Source: Paramoeba atlantica
Taxonomy: Eukaryota > Protista > Discosea
Length of the DNA stretch: 64,000 bases
Direction of reading: 5' to 3'
Assembly (NCBI GenBank): GCA_977017575.1
Contig: CDRNVI010000105.1
Coordinates: forward strand, 36,946 to 100,945
Made by a program: the position numbers and the translations under genes
The notes under the pieces: generated by a model
Told to the model about the DNA's origin: nothing
What the model saw: the letters and a program-made list of their open reading frames with translations, nothing else
The model's database searches: none
Part shown: one piece after another, positions 7,414 through 20,955 of the stretch
How positions within the stretch are numbered: position 1 is the stretch's first letter
Layout of the letters: every line of letters starts with the position of its first letter

Positions 7414-8346
7414 GGAGAGAATTGATGGAATTATTTCTTTGCCAACTTAGAATGCCTTGAGGATTATTCATAGGTTATCGGAAAAATATTGTTTGTTTGT
7501 ACCGTATCAGACACATATAAACTCTGAACGTGGAAGCGATAGATGAAAGCTTTCAAGGTGTAAACATTAAGTTTTTCAACCGACTTTACGTCGGTCTTTT
7601 GGATTGGATATTGGATTGGACCCCAACCACACCATTCTTCCGACCCAAAAAGACCCCTTGAGGTCCGAAAAATACTTTTTCACCTATTTCAGTCGAAAAT
7701 GGGTCATTTTGAGTGGCGCACCACGGCTCGAAGAAGAGATACCTTGAGAAACCAAAGGCCGAGAAAGCTAGTATAGGCCCCGAACTATCAAAATACAACA
7801 GGGGAAAGAATATTGAAAAAATATTTTCTTTGCCAGTTTTTTCGCCAAGTTGAATTTTTTTTCAAAAACATCCGAACTTGGCGGACCCTTCCTGCGGATA
7901 CGAGGGGGGGCCACCCCCGGGTAGGGGGCGGAAAATAAGCGCCAACCCCGGCTACCCATTCTGCGGGTTTTTTTCGAAAAAAAAATTTCAAAAAAAAAAA
8001 TCGTGCGGTATGCCCCCCTGTGTTCCTCTTTATATTTTCACTGTTTTTGTTCACTCTTTTTTCAATAATCGAGGGTAGAGTGGTAGTTATACAACCACCG
8101 CAATATAATAATTAAGATATCGCCCAAAGCCCCACCATGAGCGGACAAAGAACCTGCCACTCAAATGCTTGAATTAGCGCTACCCGGCTTCACATGCGAT
8201 AACTGAGTTTCGTTTTGCTCGAGAACTCACGAGATACACCTTGCCAGGGGACCCTCCAGTGTGAAGTGGGTTTCAAATCTTGAACTCATCTTTTTTGATA
8301 TTTTCAAAAATATTTACTCAGTCCGCTACTTTTTTAAAATAACAAA

Positions 8347-9108
8347 TTGATGAATTTCGGGCTTCAAGTTTCCAGCCCTCCCTCATGCAAGGTATTTGTG
8401 GATGGGGTGCCAGATGTTGAAATCGAGGAAAGCGATATTTTCAAACAGAAGTTATGCGTCACGCCAAAACATCTCCAACGATCCTCCGTAATCCTGTTTT
8501 CTTCTCTTTCTCAAACCATAGGAATTTCCACGTCGAGCGGGGACCAATTCGTGTTAGACCCGGAGGGTGGAGCCGTTAACTTTACTTGTGCGAGCATGTT
8601 GAGCATCACGTTTCACAATCTTTTAAAGAAGGAAGCAGAAAGTGTATGTAGAGATGTTCTTGGTCTTTTTCAAGACAATTTTGTTAATCCTTCATCTGGG
8701 GCCCTTTCATACGACTACGTGAGGAACCAGATTGATCAGAAATACCTTTTTAATGTTTTGAAGTTTCAGAGAATGGTTAAAAATGCAGGCAACCCATTTT
8801 ACCAATACCTTGGGAAAGACCTTTGCAGGTGGATAGTTTTGCATTCAAGTTCAAAAAAGCCCAATTTTGGATTTACACGAGGAAAAGAGTATAGTGATCT
8901 CTTAAAATTTTCTGTTAGCCAGATCATGGGGGAAGAAGTTGCGATGAGCGACCTTTATCAGCTGGTAAGGGGTGAGAAAACCTTTGATTTGCTCCTTTCT
9001 TCAAATTTTACTGTGTTGAAAAAGTTTCTTGTGAAATTTAATGCTGAGTTTCTTTGGTTTCAAGATGAGGCTTCAAAAAAGACATTAATTTCCACAAATC
9101 CCCTTTGA
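8347..9108 (+). CDS. Orphan 253-aa protein, unit 3 (P57T)
   Basis: Copy of 418..1179. Confidence 0.7.
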   Translation: MMNFGLQVSSPPSCKVFVDGVPDVEIEESDIFKQKLCVTPKHLQRSSVILFSSLSQTIGISTSSGDQFVLDPEGGAVNFTCASMLSITFHNLLKKEAESVCRDVLGLFQDNFVNPSSGALSYDYVRNQIDQKYLFNVLKFQRMVKNAGNPFYQYLGKDLCRWIVLHSSSKKPNFGFTRGKEYSDLLKFSVSQIMGEEVAMSDLYQLVRGEKTFDLLLSSNFTVLKKFLVKFNAEFLWFQDEASKKTLISTNPL

Positions 9109-10694
9109 TTCTTAAAGTTTCCCTACTTTTGTAGACATTTCAAAAAGATGCGAAGGACCCTACTAGAGCACTTAATCATAAACAATTTTGTACATAACAA
9201 ACCCCCAGAGCCACCATCATCAAAAATAATTCTCAAGAATTTCTCCTCATTGATGCAAAACGTCTCTTTTAACGCCTTTTATTTTTGTTTTCGCATAGCC
9301 GCCCCCCTCTACCACCAATAAACGCATAAACATTTATCAGCCCCAATGCTACCAAGACCCTTCACAGACAGATTTGGAAGTTCCAAGGCCGACGTCCTCT
9401 ACCAGTTTTCGCTTTTCCAAGGCGGCACCAACGTTATGTTACCAACACGCTGCTTCGACGACTTGTATGACAACGCGGCCCACCCAAGAGGCTTAAACCG
9501 GGTAAGGGGGCCGGCTCCCTGATGGGAGGAGGGGAAGAAGAATCCAATCCAAAAAGAAGAAGAAGAGAAGAGAACCGGTTCCCTGATGGGAGCGCCCCTG
9601 GCGGCCGTCAGAGTACTGGGCCTAGTCGATTCTCAGCCCAGCCTCTTAGATCGAGGCCGCCGGGAATTATGCGATGAGCGGGTTCGAAACTTTGATCCCT
9701 GAAGGAAGAAGGAAGAAGGTTGCTCGACTAAATGATGCTTTCCAATGTAGGGAAGTTACTTCGACAAGTGCTTGTGTAGGCTCTAGTTGAATCTTTAGTG
9801 TCTCAACGAGGTTCTGCCAATCTTAAAGCAGAGATTTAAGCCGGGCCGAGGGGTCTGGCCTTTATTTGGGTAGCTTCTACAGAGGAAAGCGGTGTAATTG
9901 TAGTTGGAGACGGTGGGCCTTACAACCTGCAGGTTGGGGGTTATATCCCCGATATCGACAAAACGCGCAACCTGCCGGCCTCACTACAAAGGGATAGCGA
10001 CCAGGAGTGCCTTCAAGTCCCACACCCAACCCCAAATCAATCATTCCGGATTGCTCCGGATGGCCACTGGCAAGCCAGACCCTTCACAGAAAGATTTGGA
10101 AGTTCCGAGGCCGACGTCCTCTATCAGTTTCCGCTTTTCCAAGGCGGCACCAACGTGCTGTTACCAACACGCTGCGTCGACGAACTGTACGTCAACACGG
10201 CTTACCCAAGAGGTGTAAGCCGGGTAAGGGAGCTCGTTCCCTGAGGGGAGGGTCCGGGACGGTCCTCCGAGTACTGGGCCTAGTCGGTTATTAGCCCAGC
10301 CTCTTAGAGGGAGGCCGCCAGGAATATTTCGATGAGCGGGTTTGAACTCGCCGTCTGAGCACCATGTGCTTGAAACTTTGAATTCTTGCTGCTACGCCAC
10401 CGCTCGGAAAAAGTCCGCTAGGAAGAAGGCCTCCCTCTGGAGGAACGACCCGGAACCGCAGAGCCGAACCAGGCTCCAGCGCAGCCGCCGAAAATTCATG
10501 CTGCTTACGCAAACGAGGCATGAGACACAGCCTACACGATGCAACGGGGTTGGACGCCCGTCCTGGTAGCTACGGTTGGGTACCCGTGCTCGGGCCGCAA
10601 GGCTTCGAGTGCCGTCTTGGAAGGGGGCAGCAAGACAATGAAGGTCGGTGGCTTGAGACTCTACCCTAACGGTGCAGAGCCCTCGGTGTCTTTT

Positions 10695-10730
10695 CTTCTT
10701 CTTCTTCTTCTTCTTCTTCTTCTTCTTCTT

Positions 10731-10760
<30 letters not shown>
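10695..10760. repeat. (CTT)22, unit 3
   Basis: Directly visible. Confidence 0.99.
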
Positions 10761-10761
<1 letters not shown>

Positions 10762-10863
10762 TTCCCCAGAGTCCTGAAAGCTGGTTTGCAACTCTACTAC
10801 CGCGTTTAACGAAAAGCCTAAATTGAAATATTATAGCCAAAAATAGCCGATTTTCGGGTAAAA

Positions 10864-11358
10864 ATGGGGTCATTTTTGTGTATTTGTTTTCATTCACGAA
10901 ATCCGATATTTGCTCGTGGGAAATCACTCGTAGGCATGAATGAAAGCCTGCCGAACGTATTGGGTAAAGAATGCGACCCCAACCCCAAGAATGGCGACCT
11001 AATGTATGATGTGGACGCAAAGCTCAGGTTACTAAAATTCCATTCGTATAATATATATTTGTGCAAGGTAAAGGCGCACATTGGAAACAAATGGAATGAG
11101 GAGGCAGATGGTCTAGCACTTTTGGCATCACGAAAAGTGGCACGGGCTCCGACCCAAAAAAGGAGAAAAACAACTGCTAACTCGGAGGATAGTGAGAATT
11201 CACAACCGTCATGGTCTTTGAAAGCCTTACTCAAAAGGAAGTCCCTTGGAAATAAGCAAGCACGAGACATTCCATCATCGAAGCGCGAAGCTGAGGCGGA
11301 AGGGGTATTTCGAGGGAAGGTTGCGAGAGCTGGAGGTAATAGGAAACCGTCTAAGTAG
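10864..11358 (+). pseudogene. RNase H C-terminal fragment, unit 3
   Basis: Copy of 2962..3456. Confidence 0.8.
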
Positions 11359-12291
11359 GGAGAGAATTGATGGAATTATTTCTTTGCCAACTTAGAATGC
11401 CTTGAGGATTATTCATAGGTTATCGGAAAAATATTGTTTGTTTGTACCGTATCAGACACATATAAACTCTGAACGTGGAAGCGATAGATGAAAGCTTTCA
11501 AGGTGTAAACATTAAGTTTTTCAACCGACTTTACGTCGGTCTTTTGGATTGGATATTGGATTGGACCCCAACCACACCATTCTTCCGACCCAAAAAGACC
11601 CCTTGAGGTCCGAAAAATACTTTTTCACCTATTTCAGTCGAAAATGGGTCATTTTGAGTGGCGCACCACGGCTCGAAGAAGAGATACCTTGAGAAACCAA
11701 AGGCCGAGAAAGCTAGTATAGGCCCCGAACTATCAAAATACAACAGGGGAAAGAATATTGAAAAAATATTTTCTTTGCCAGTTTTTTCGCCAAGTTGAAT
11801 TTTTTTTCAAAAACATCCGAACTTGGCGGACCCGTCCTGCGGATACGAGGGGGGGCCACCCCCGGGTAGGGGGCGGAAAATAAGCGCCAACCCCGGCTAC
11901 CCATTCTGCGGGTTTTTTTCGAAAAAAAAATTTCAAAAAAAAAAATCGTGCGGTATGCCCCCCTGTGTTCCTCTTTATATTTTCACTGTTTTTGTTCACT
12001 CTTTTTTCAATAATCGAGGGTAGAGTGGTAGTTATACAACCACCGCAATATAATAATTAAGATATCGCCCAAAGCCCCACCATGAGCGGACAAAGAACCT
12101 GCCACTCAAATGCTTGAATTAGCGCTACCCGGCTTCACATGCGATAACTGAGTTTCGTTTTGCTCGAGAACTCACGAGATACACCTTGCCAGGGGACCCT
12201 CCAGTGTGAAGTGGGTTTCAAATCTTGAACTCATCTTTTTTGATATTTTCAAAAATATTTACTCAGTCCGCTACTTTTTTAAAATAACAAA

Positions 12292-13053
12292 TTGATGAAT
12301 TTCGGGCTTCAAGTTTCCAGCCCTCCCTCATGCAAGGTATTTGTGGATGGGGTGCCAGATGTTGAAATCGAGGAAAGCGATATTTTCAAACAGAAGTTAT
12401 GCGTCACGCCAAAACATCTCCAACGATCCTCCGTAATCCTGTTTTCTTCTCTTTCTCAACCCATAGGAATTTCCACGTCGAGCGGGGACCAATTCGTGTT
12501 AGACCCGGAGGGTGGAGCCGTTAACTTTACTTGTGCGAGCATGTTGAGCATCACGTTTCACAATCTTTTAAAGAAGGAAGCAGAAAGTGTATGTAGAGAT
12601 GTTCTTGGTCTTTTTCAAGACAATTTTGTTAATCCTTCATCTGGGGCCCTTTCATACGACTACGTGAGGAACCAGATTGATCAGAAATACCTTTTTAATG
12701 TTTTGAAGTTTCAGAGAATGGTTAAAAATGCAGGCAACCCATTTTACCAATACCTTGGGAAAGACCTTTGCAGGTGGATAGTTTTGCATTCAAGTTCAAA
12801 AAAGCCCAATTTTGGATTTACACGAGGAAAAGAGTATAGTGATCTCTTAAAATTTTCTGTTAGCCAGATCATGGGGGAAGAAGTTGCGATGAGCGACCTT
12901 TATCAGCTGGTAAGGGGTGAGAAAACCTTTGATTTGCTCCTTTCTTCAAATTTTACTGTGTTGAAAAAGTTTCTTGTGAAATTTAATGCTGAGTTTCTTT
13001 GGTTTCAAGATGAGGCTTCAAAAAAGACATTAATTTCCACAAATCCCCTTTGA
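12292..13053 (+). CDS. Orphan 253-aa protein, unit 4
   Basis: Copy of 418..1179. Confidence 0.7.
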   Translation: MMNFGLQVSSPPSCKVFVDGVPDVEIEESDIFKQKLCVTPKHLQRSSVILFSSLSQPIGISTSSGDQFVLDPEGGAVNFTCASMLSITFHNLLKKEAESVCRDVLGLFQDNFVNPSSGALSYDYVRNQIDQKYLFNVLKFQRMVKNAGNPFYQYLGKDLCRWIVLHSSSKKPNFGFTRGKEYSDLLKFSVSQIMGEEVAMSDLYQLVRGEKTFDLLLSSNFTVLKKFLVKFNAEFLWFQDEASKKTLISTNPL

Positions 13054-14639
13054 TTCTTAAAGTTTCCCTACTTTTGTAGACATTTCAAAAAGATGCGAAG
13101 GACCCTACTAGAGCACTTAATCATAAACAATTTTGTACATAACAAACCCCCAGAGCCACCATCATCAAAAATAATTCTCAAGAATTTCTCCTCATTGATG
13201 CAAAACGTCTCTTTTAACGCCTTTTATTTTTGTTTTCGCATAGCCGCCCCCCTCTACCACCAATAAACGCATAAACATTTATCAGCCCCAATGCTACCAA
13301 GACCCTTCACAGACAGATTTGGAAGTTCCAAGGCCGACGTCCTCTACCAGTTTTCGCTTTTCCAAGGCGGCACCAACGTTATGTTACCAACACGCTGCTT
13401 CGACGACTTGTATGACAACGCGGCCCACCCAAGAGGCTTAAACCGGGTAAGGGGGCCGGCTCCCTGATGGGAGGAGGGGAAGAAGAATCCAATCCAAAAA
13501 GAAGAAGAAGAGAAGAGAACCGGTTCCCTGATGGGAGCGCCCCTGGCGGCCGTCAGAGTACTGGGCCTAGTCGATTCTCAGCCCAGCCTCTTAGATCGAG
13601 GCCGCCGGGAATTATGCGATGAGCGGGTTCGAAACTTTGATCCCTGAAGGAAGAAGGAAGAAGGTTGCTCGACTAAATGATGCTTTCCAATGTAGGGAAG
13701 TTACTTCGACAAGTGCTTGTGTAGGCTCTAGTTGAATCTTTAGTGTCTCAACGAGGTTCTGCCAATCTTAAAGCAGAGATTTAAGCCGGGCCGAGGGGTC
13801 TGGCCTTTATTTGGGTAGCTTCTACAGAGGAAAGCGGTGTAATTGTAGTTGGAGACGGTGGGCCTTACAACCTGCAGGTTGGGGGTTATATCCCCGATAT
13901 CGACAAAACGCGCAACCTGCCGGCCTCACTACAAAGGGATAGCGACCAGGAGTGCCTTCAAGTCCCACACCCAACCCCAAATCAATCATTCCGGATTGCT
14001 CCGGATGGCCACTGGCAAGCCAGACCCTTCACAGAAAGATTTGGAAGTTCCGAGGCCGACGTCCTCTATCAGTTTCCGCTTTTCCAAGGCGGCACCAACG
14101 TGCTGTTACCAACACGCTGCGTCGACGAACTGTACGTCAACACGGCTTACCCAAGAGGTGTAAGCCGGGTAAGGGAGCTCGTTCCCTGAGGGGAGGGTCC
14201 GGGACGGTCCTCCGAGTACTGGGCCTAGTCGGTTATTAGCCCAGCCTCTTAGAGGGAGGCCGCCAGGAATATTTCGATGAGCGGGTTTGAACTCGCCGTC
14301 TGAGCACCATGTGCTTGAAACTTTGAATTCTTGCTGCTACGCCACCGCTCGGAAAAAGTCCGCTAGGAAGAAGGCCTCCCTCTGGAGGAACGACCCGGAA
14401 CCGCAGAGCCGAACCAGGCTCCAGCGCAGCCGCCGAAAATTCATGCTGCTTACGCAAACGAGGCATGAGACACAGCCTACACGATGCAACGGGGTTGGAC
14501 GCCCGTCCTGGTAGCTACGGTTGGGTACCCGTGCTCGGGCCGCAAGGCTTCGAGTGCCGTCTTGGAAGGGGGCAGCAAGACAATGAAGGTCGGTGGCTTG
14601 AGACTCTACCCTAACGGTGCAGAGCCCTCGGTGTCTTTT

Positions 14640-14675
14640 CTTCTTCTTCTTCTTCTTCTTCTTCTTCTTCTTCTT

Positions 14676-14705
<30 letters not shown>
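14640..14705. repeat. (CTT)22, unit 4
   Basis: Directly visible. Confidence 0.99.
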
Positions 14706-14706
<1 letters not shown>

Positions 14707-14808
14707 TTCCCCAGAGTCCTGAAAGCTGGTTTGCAACTCTACTACCGCGTTTAACGAAAAGCCTAAATTGAAATATTATAGCCAAAAATAGCCGATTTTC
14801 GGGTAAAA

Positions 14809-15303
14809 ATGGGGTCATTTTTGTGTATTTGTTTTCATTCACGAAATCCGATATTTGCTCGTGGGAAATCACTCGTAGGCATGAATGAAAGCCTGCCGAA
14901 CGTATTGGGTAAAGAATGCGACCCCAACCCCAAGAATGGCGACCTAATGTATGATGTGGACGCAAAGCTCAGGTTACTAAAATTCCATTCGTATAATATA
15001 TATTTGTGCAAGGTAAAGGCGCACATTGGAAACAAATGGAATGAGGAGGCAGATGGTCTAGCACTTTTGGCATCACGAAAAGTGGCACGGGCTCCGACCC
15101 AAAAAAGGAGAAAAACAACTGCTAACTCGGAGGATAGTGAGAATTCACAACCGTCATGGTCTTTGAAAGCCTTACTCAAAAGGAAGTCCCTTGGAAATAA
15201 GCAAGCACGAGACATTCCATCATCGAAGCGCGAAGCTGAGGCGGAAGGGGTATTTCGAGGGAAGGTTGCGAGAGCTGGAGGTAATAGGAAACCGTCTAAG
15301 TAG
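14809..15303 (+). pseudogene. RNase H C-terminal fragment, unit 4
   Basis: Copy of 2962..3456. Confidence 0.8.
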
Positions 15304-16236
15304 GGAGAGAATTGATGGAATTATTTCTTTGCCAACTTAGAATGCCTTGAGGATTATTCATAGGTTATCGGAAAAATATTGTTTGTTTGTACCGTATCAG
15401 ACACATATAAACTCTGAACGTGGAAGCGATAGATGAAAGCTTTCAAGGTGTAAACATTAAGTTTTTCAACCGACTTTACGTCGGTCTTTTGGATTGGATA
15501 TTGGATTGGACCCCAACCACACCATTCTTCCGACCCAAAAAGACCCCTTGAGGTCCGAAAAATACTTTTTCACCTATTTCAGTCGAAAATGGGTCATTTT
15601 GAGTGGCGCACCACGGCTCGAAGAAGAGATACCTTGAGAAACCAAAGGCCGAGAAAGCTAGTATAGGCCCCGAACTATCAAAATACAACAGGGGAAAGAA
15701 TATTGAAAAAATATTTTCTTTGCCAGTTTTTTCGCCAAGTTGAATTTTTTTTCAAAAACATCCGAACTTGGCGGACCCGTCCTGCGGATACGAGGGGGGG
15801 CCACCCCCGGGTAGGGGGCGGAAAATAAGCGCCAACCCCGGCTACCCATTCTGCGGGTTTTTTTCGAAAAAAAAATTTCAAAAAAAAAAATCGTGCGGTA
15901 TGCCCCCCTGTGTTCCTCTTTATATTTTCACTGTTTTTGTTCACTCTTTTTTCAATAATCGAGGGTAGAGTGGTAGTTATACAACCACCGCAATATAATA
16001 ATTAAGATATCGCCCAAAGCCCCACCATGAGCGGACAAAGAACCTGCCACTCAAATGCTTGAATTAGCGCTACCCGGCTTCACATGCGATAACTGAGTTT
16101 CGTTTTGCTCGAGAACTCACGAGATACACCTTGCCAGGGGACCCTCCAGTGTGAAGTGGGTTTCAAATCTTGAACTCATCTTTTTTGATATTTTCAAAAA
16201 TATTTACTCAGTCCGCTACTTTTTTAAAATAACAAA

Positions 16237-16998
16237 TTGATGAATTTCGGGCTTCAAGTTTCCAGCCCTCCCTCATGCAAGGTATTTGTGGATGGGGTGC
16301 CAGATGTTGAAATCGAGGAAAGCGATATTTTCAAACAGAAGTTATGCGTCACGCCAAAACATCTCCAACGATCCTCCGTAATCCTGTTTTCTTCTCTTTC
16401 TCAAACCATAGGAATTTCCACGTCGAGCGGGGACCAATTCGTGTTAGACCCGGAGGGTGGAGCCGTTAACTTTACTTGTGCGAGCATGTTGAGCATCACG
16501 TTTCACAATCTTTTAAAGAAGGAAGCAGAAAGTGTATGTAGAGATGTTCTTGGTCTTTTTCAAGACAATTTTGTTAATCCTTCATCTGGGGCCCTTTCAT
16601 ACGACGACGTGAGGAACCAGATTGATCAGAAATACCTTTTTAATGTTTTGAAGTTTCAGAGAATGGTTAAAAATGCAGGCAACCCATTTTACCAATACCT
16701 TGGGAAAGACCTTTGCAGGTGGATAGTTTTGCATTCAAGTTCAAAAAAGCCCAATTTTGGATTTACACGAGGAAAAGAGTATAGTGATCTCTTAAAATTT
16801 TCTGTTAGCCAGATCATGGGGGAAGAAGTTGCGATGAGCGACCTTTATCAGCTGGTAAGGGGTGAGAAAACCTTTGATTTGCTCCTTTCTTCAAATTTTA
16901 CTGTGTTGAAAAGGTTTCTTGTGAAATTTAATGCTGAGTTTCTTTGGTTTCAAGATGAGGCTTCAAAAAAGACATTATTTTCCACAAATCCCCTTTGA
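16237..16998 (+). CDS. Orphan 253-aa protein, unit 5 (P57T, Y124D, K226R, I248F)
   Basis: Copy of 418..1179. Confidence 0.7.
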   Translation: MMNFGLQVSSPPSCKVFVDGVPDVEIEESDIFKQKLCVTPKHLQRSSVILFSSLSQTIGISTSSGDQFVLDPEGGAVNFTCASMLSITFHNLLKKEAESVCRDVLGLFQDNFVNPSSGALSYDDVRNQIDQKYLFNVLKFQRMVKNAGNPFYQYLGKDLCRWIVLHSSSKKPNFGFTRGKEYSDLLKFSVSQIMGEEVAMSDLYQLVRGEKTFDLLLSSNFTVLKRFLVKFNAEFLWFQDEASKKTLFSTNPL

Positions 16999-18584
16999 TT
17001 CTTAAAGTTTCCCTACTTTTGTAGACATTTCAAAAAGATGCGAAGGACCCTAATAGAGCACTTAATCATAAACAATTTTGTACATAACAAACCCCCAGAG
17101 CCACCATCATCAAAAATAATTCTCAAGAATTTCTCCTCATTGATGCAAAACGTCTCTTTTAACGCCTTTTATTTTTGTTTTCGCATAGCCGCCCCCCTCT
17201 ACCACCAATAAACGCATAAACATTTATCAGCCCCAATGCTACCAAGACCCTTCACAGACAGATTTGGAAGTTCCAAGGCCGACGTCCTCTACCAGTTTTC
17301 GCTTTTCCAAGGCGGCACCAACGTTATGTTACCAACACGCTGCTTCGACGACTTGTATGACAACGCGGCCCACCCAAGAGGCTTAAACCGGGTAAGGGGG
17401 CCGGCTCCCTGATGGGAGGAGGGGAAGAAGAATCCAATCCAAAAAGAAGAAGAAGAGAAGAGAACCGGTTCCCTGATGGGAGCGCCCCTGGCGGCCGTCA
17501 GAGTACTGGGCCTAGTCGATTCTCAGCCCAGCCTCTTAGATCGAGGCCGCCGGGAATTATGCGATGAGCGGGTTCGAAACTTTGATCCCTGAAGGAAGAA
17601 GGAAGAAGGTTGCTCGACTAAATGATGCTTTCCAATGTAGGGAAGTTACTTCGACAAGTGCTTGTGTAGGCTCTAGTTGAATCTTTAGTGTCTCAACGAG
17701 GTTCTGCCAATCTTAAAGCAGAGATTTAAGCCGGGCCGAGGGGTCTGGCCTTTATTTGGGTAGCTTCTACAGAGGAAAGCGGTGTAATTGTAGTTGGAGA
17801 CGGTGGGCCTTACAACCTGCAGGTTGGGGGTTATATCCCCGATATCGACAAAACGCGCAACCTGCCGGCCTCACTACAAAGGGATAGCGACCAGGAGTGC
17901 CTTCAAGTCCCACACCCAACCCCAAATCAATCATTCCGGATTGCTCCGGATGGCCACTGGCAAGCCAGACCCTTCACAGAAAGATTTGGAAGTTCCGAGG
18001 CCGACGTCCTCTATCAGTTTCCGCTTTTCCAAGGCGGCACCAACGTGCTGTTACCAACACGCTGCGTCGACGAACTGTACGTCAACACGGCTTACCCAAG
18101 AGGTGTAAGCCGGGTAAGGGAGCTCGTTCCCTGAGGGGAGGGTCCGGGACGGTCCTCCGAGTACTGGGCCTAGTCGGTTATTAGCCCAGCCTCTTAGAGG
18201 GAGGCCGCCAGGAATATTTCGATGAGCGGGTTTGAACTCGCCGTCTGAGCACCATGTGCTTGAAACTTTGAATTCTTGCTGCTACGCAACCGCTCGGAAA
18301 AAGTCCGCTAGGAAGAAGGCCTCCCTCTGGAGGAACGACCCGGAACCGCAGAGCCGAACCAGGCTCCAGCGCAGCCGCCGAAAATTCATGCTGCTTACGC
18401 AAACGAGGCATGAGACACAGCCTACACGATGCAACGGGGTTGGACGCCCGTCCTGGTAGCTACGGTTGGGTACCCGTGCTCGGGCCGCAAGGCTTCGAGT
18501 GCCGTCTTGGAAGGGGGCAGCAAGACAATGAAGGTCGGTGGCTTGAGACTCTACCCTAACGGTGCAGAGCCCTCGGTGTCTTTT

Positions 18585-18632
18585 CTTCTTCTTCTTCTTC
18601 TTCTTCTTCTTCTTCTTCTTCTTCTTCTTCTT

Positions 18633-18662
<30 letters not shown>
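18585..18662. repeat. (CTT)26, unit 5
   Basis: Directly visible. Confidence 0.99.
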
Positions 18663-18663
<1 letters not shown>

Positions 18664-18765
18664 TTCCCCAGAGTCCTGAAAGCTGGTTTGCAACTCTACT
18701 ACCGCGTTTAACGAAAAGCCTAAATTGAAATATTATAGCCAAAAATAGCCGATTTTCGGGTAAAA

Positions 18766-19260
18766 ATGGGGTCATTTTTGTGTATTTGTTTTCATTCACG
18801 AAATCCGATATTTGCTCGTGGGAAATCACTCGTAGGCATGAATGAAAGCCTGCCGAACGTATTGGGTAAAGAATGCGACCCCAACCCCAAGAATGGCGAC
18901 CTAATGTATGATGTGGACGCAAAGCTCAGGTTACTAAAATTCCATTCGTATAATATATATTTGTGCAAGGTAAAGGCGCACATTGGAAACAAATGGAATG
19001 AGGAGGCAGATGGTCTAGCACTTTTGGCATCACGAAAAGTGGCACGGGCTCCGACCCAAAAAAGGAGAAAAACAACTGCTAACTCGGAGGATAGTGAGAA
19101 TTCACAACCGTCATGGTCTTTGAAAGCCTTACTCAAAAGGAAGTCCCTTGGAAATAAGCAAGCACGAGACATTCCATCATCGAAGCGCGAAGCTGAGGCG
19201 GAAGGGGTATTTCGAGGGAAGGTTGCGAGAGCTGGAGGTAATAGGAAACCGTCTAAGTAG
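18766..19260 (+). pseudogene. RNase H C-terminal fragment, unit 5
   Basis: Copy of 2962..3456. Confidence 0.8.
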
Positions 19261-20193
19261 GGAGAGAATTGATGGAATTATTTCTTTGCCAACTTAGAAT
19301 GCCTTGAGGATTATTCATAGGTTATCGGAAAAATATTGTTTGTTTGTACCGTATCAGACACATATAAACTCTGAACGTGGAAGCGATAGATGAAAGCTTT
19401 CAAGGTGTAAACATTAAGTTTTTCAACCGACTTTACGTCGGTCTTTTGGATTGGATATTGGATTGGACCCCAACCACACCATTCTTCCGACCCAAAAAGA
19501 CCCCTTGAGGTCCGAAAAATACTTTTTCACCTATTTCAGTCGAAAATGGGTCATTTTGAGTGGCGCACCACGGCTCGAAGAAGAGATACCTTGAGAAACC
19601 AAAGGCCGAGAAAGCTAGTATAGGCCCCGAACTATCAAAATACAACAGGGGAAAGAATATTGAAAAAATATTTTCTTTGCCAGTTTTTTCGCCAAGTTGA
19701 ATTTTTTTTCAAAAACATCCGAACTTGGCGGACCCGTCCTGCGGATACGAGGGGGGGCCACCCCCGGGTAGGGGGCGGAAAATAAGCGCCAACCCCGGCT
19801 ACCCATTCTGCGGGTTTTTTTCGAAAAAAAAATTTCAAAAAAAAAAATCGTGCGGTATGCCCCCCTGTGTTCCTCTTTATATTTTCACTGTTTTTGTTCA
19901 CTCTTTTTTCAATAATCGAGGGTAGAGTGGTAGTTATACAACCACCGCAATATAATAATTAAGATATCGCCCAAAGCCCCACCATGAGCGGACAAAGAAC
20001 CTGCCACTCAAATGCTTGAATTAGCGCTACCCGGCTTCACATGCGATAACTGAGTTTCGTTTTGCTCGAGAACTCACGAGATACACCTTGCCAGGGGACC
20101 CTCCAGTGTGAAGTGGGTTTCAAATCTTGAACTCATCTTTTTTGATATTTTCAAAAATATTTACTCAGTCCGCTACTTTTTTAAAATAACAAA

Positions 20194-20955
20194 TTGATGA
20201 ATTTCGGGCTTCAAGTTTCCAGCCCTCCCTCATGCAAGGTATTTGTGGATGGGGTGCCAGATGTTGAAATCGAGGAAAGCGATATTTTCAAACAGAAGTT
20301 ATGCGTCACGCCAAAACATCTCCAACGATCCTCCGTAATCCTGTTTTCTTCTCTTTCTCAAACCATAGGAATTTCCACGTCGAGCGGGGACCAATTCGTG
20401 TTAGACCCGGAGGGTGGAGCCGTTAACTTTACTTGTGCGAGCATGTTGAGCATCACGTTTCACAATCTTTTAAAGAAGGAAGCAGAAAGTGTATGTAGAG
20501 ATGTTCTTGGTCTTTTTCAAGACAATTTTGTTAATCCTTCATCTGGGGCCCTTTCATACGACTACGTGAGGAACCAGATTGATCAGAAATACCTTTTTAA
20601 TGTTTTGAAGTTTCAGAGAATGGTTAAAAATGCAGGCAACCCATTTTACCAATACCTTGGGAAAGACCTTTGCAGGTGGATAGTTTTGCATTCAAGTTCA
20701 AAAAAGCCCAATTTTGGATTTACACGAGGAAAAGAGTATAGTGATCTCTTAAAATTTTCTGTTAGCCAGATCATGGGGGAAGAAGTTGCGATGAGCGACC
20801 TTTATCAGCTGGTAAGGGGTGAGAAAACCTTTGATTTGCTCCTTTCTTCAAATTTTACTGTGTTGAAAAAGTTTCTTGTGAAATTTAATGCTGAGTTTCT
20901 TTGGTTTCAAGATGAGGCTTCAAAAAAGACATTAATTTCCACAAATCCCCTTTGA
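20194..20955 (+). CDS. Orphan 253-aa protein, unit 6 (P57T)
   Basis: Copy of 418..1179. Confidence 0.7.
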   Translation: MMNFGLQVSSPPSCKVFVDGVPDVEIEESDIFKQKLCVTPKHLQRSSVILFSSLSQTIGISTSSGDQFVLDPEGGAVNFTCASMLSITFHNLLKKEAESVCRDVLGLFQDNFVNPSSGALSYDYVRNQIDQKYLFNVLKFQRMVKNAGNPFYQYLGKDLCRWIVLHSSSKKPNFGFTRGKEYSDLLKFSVSQIMGEEVAMSDLYQLVRGEKTFDLLLSSNFTVLKKFLVKFNAEFLWFQDEASKKTLISTNPL

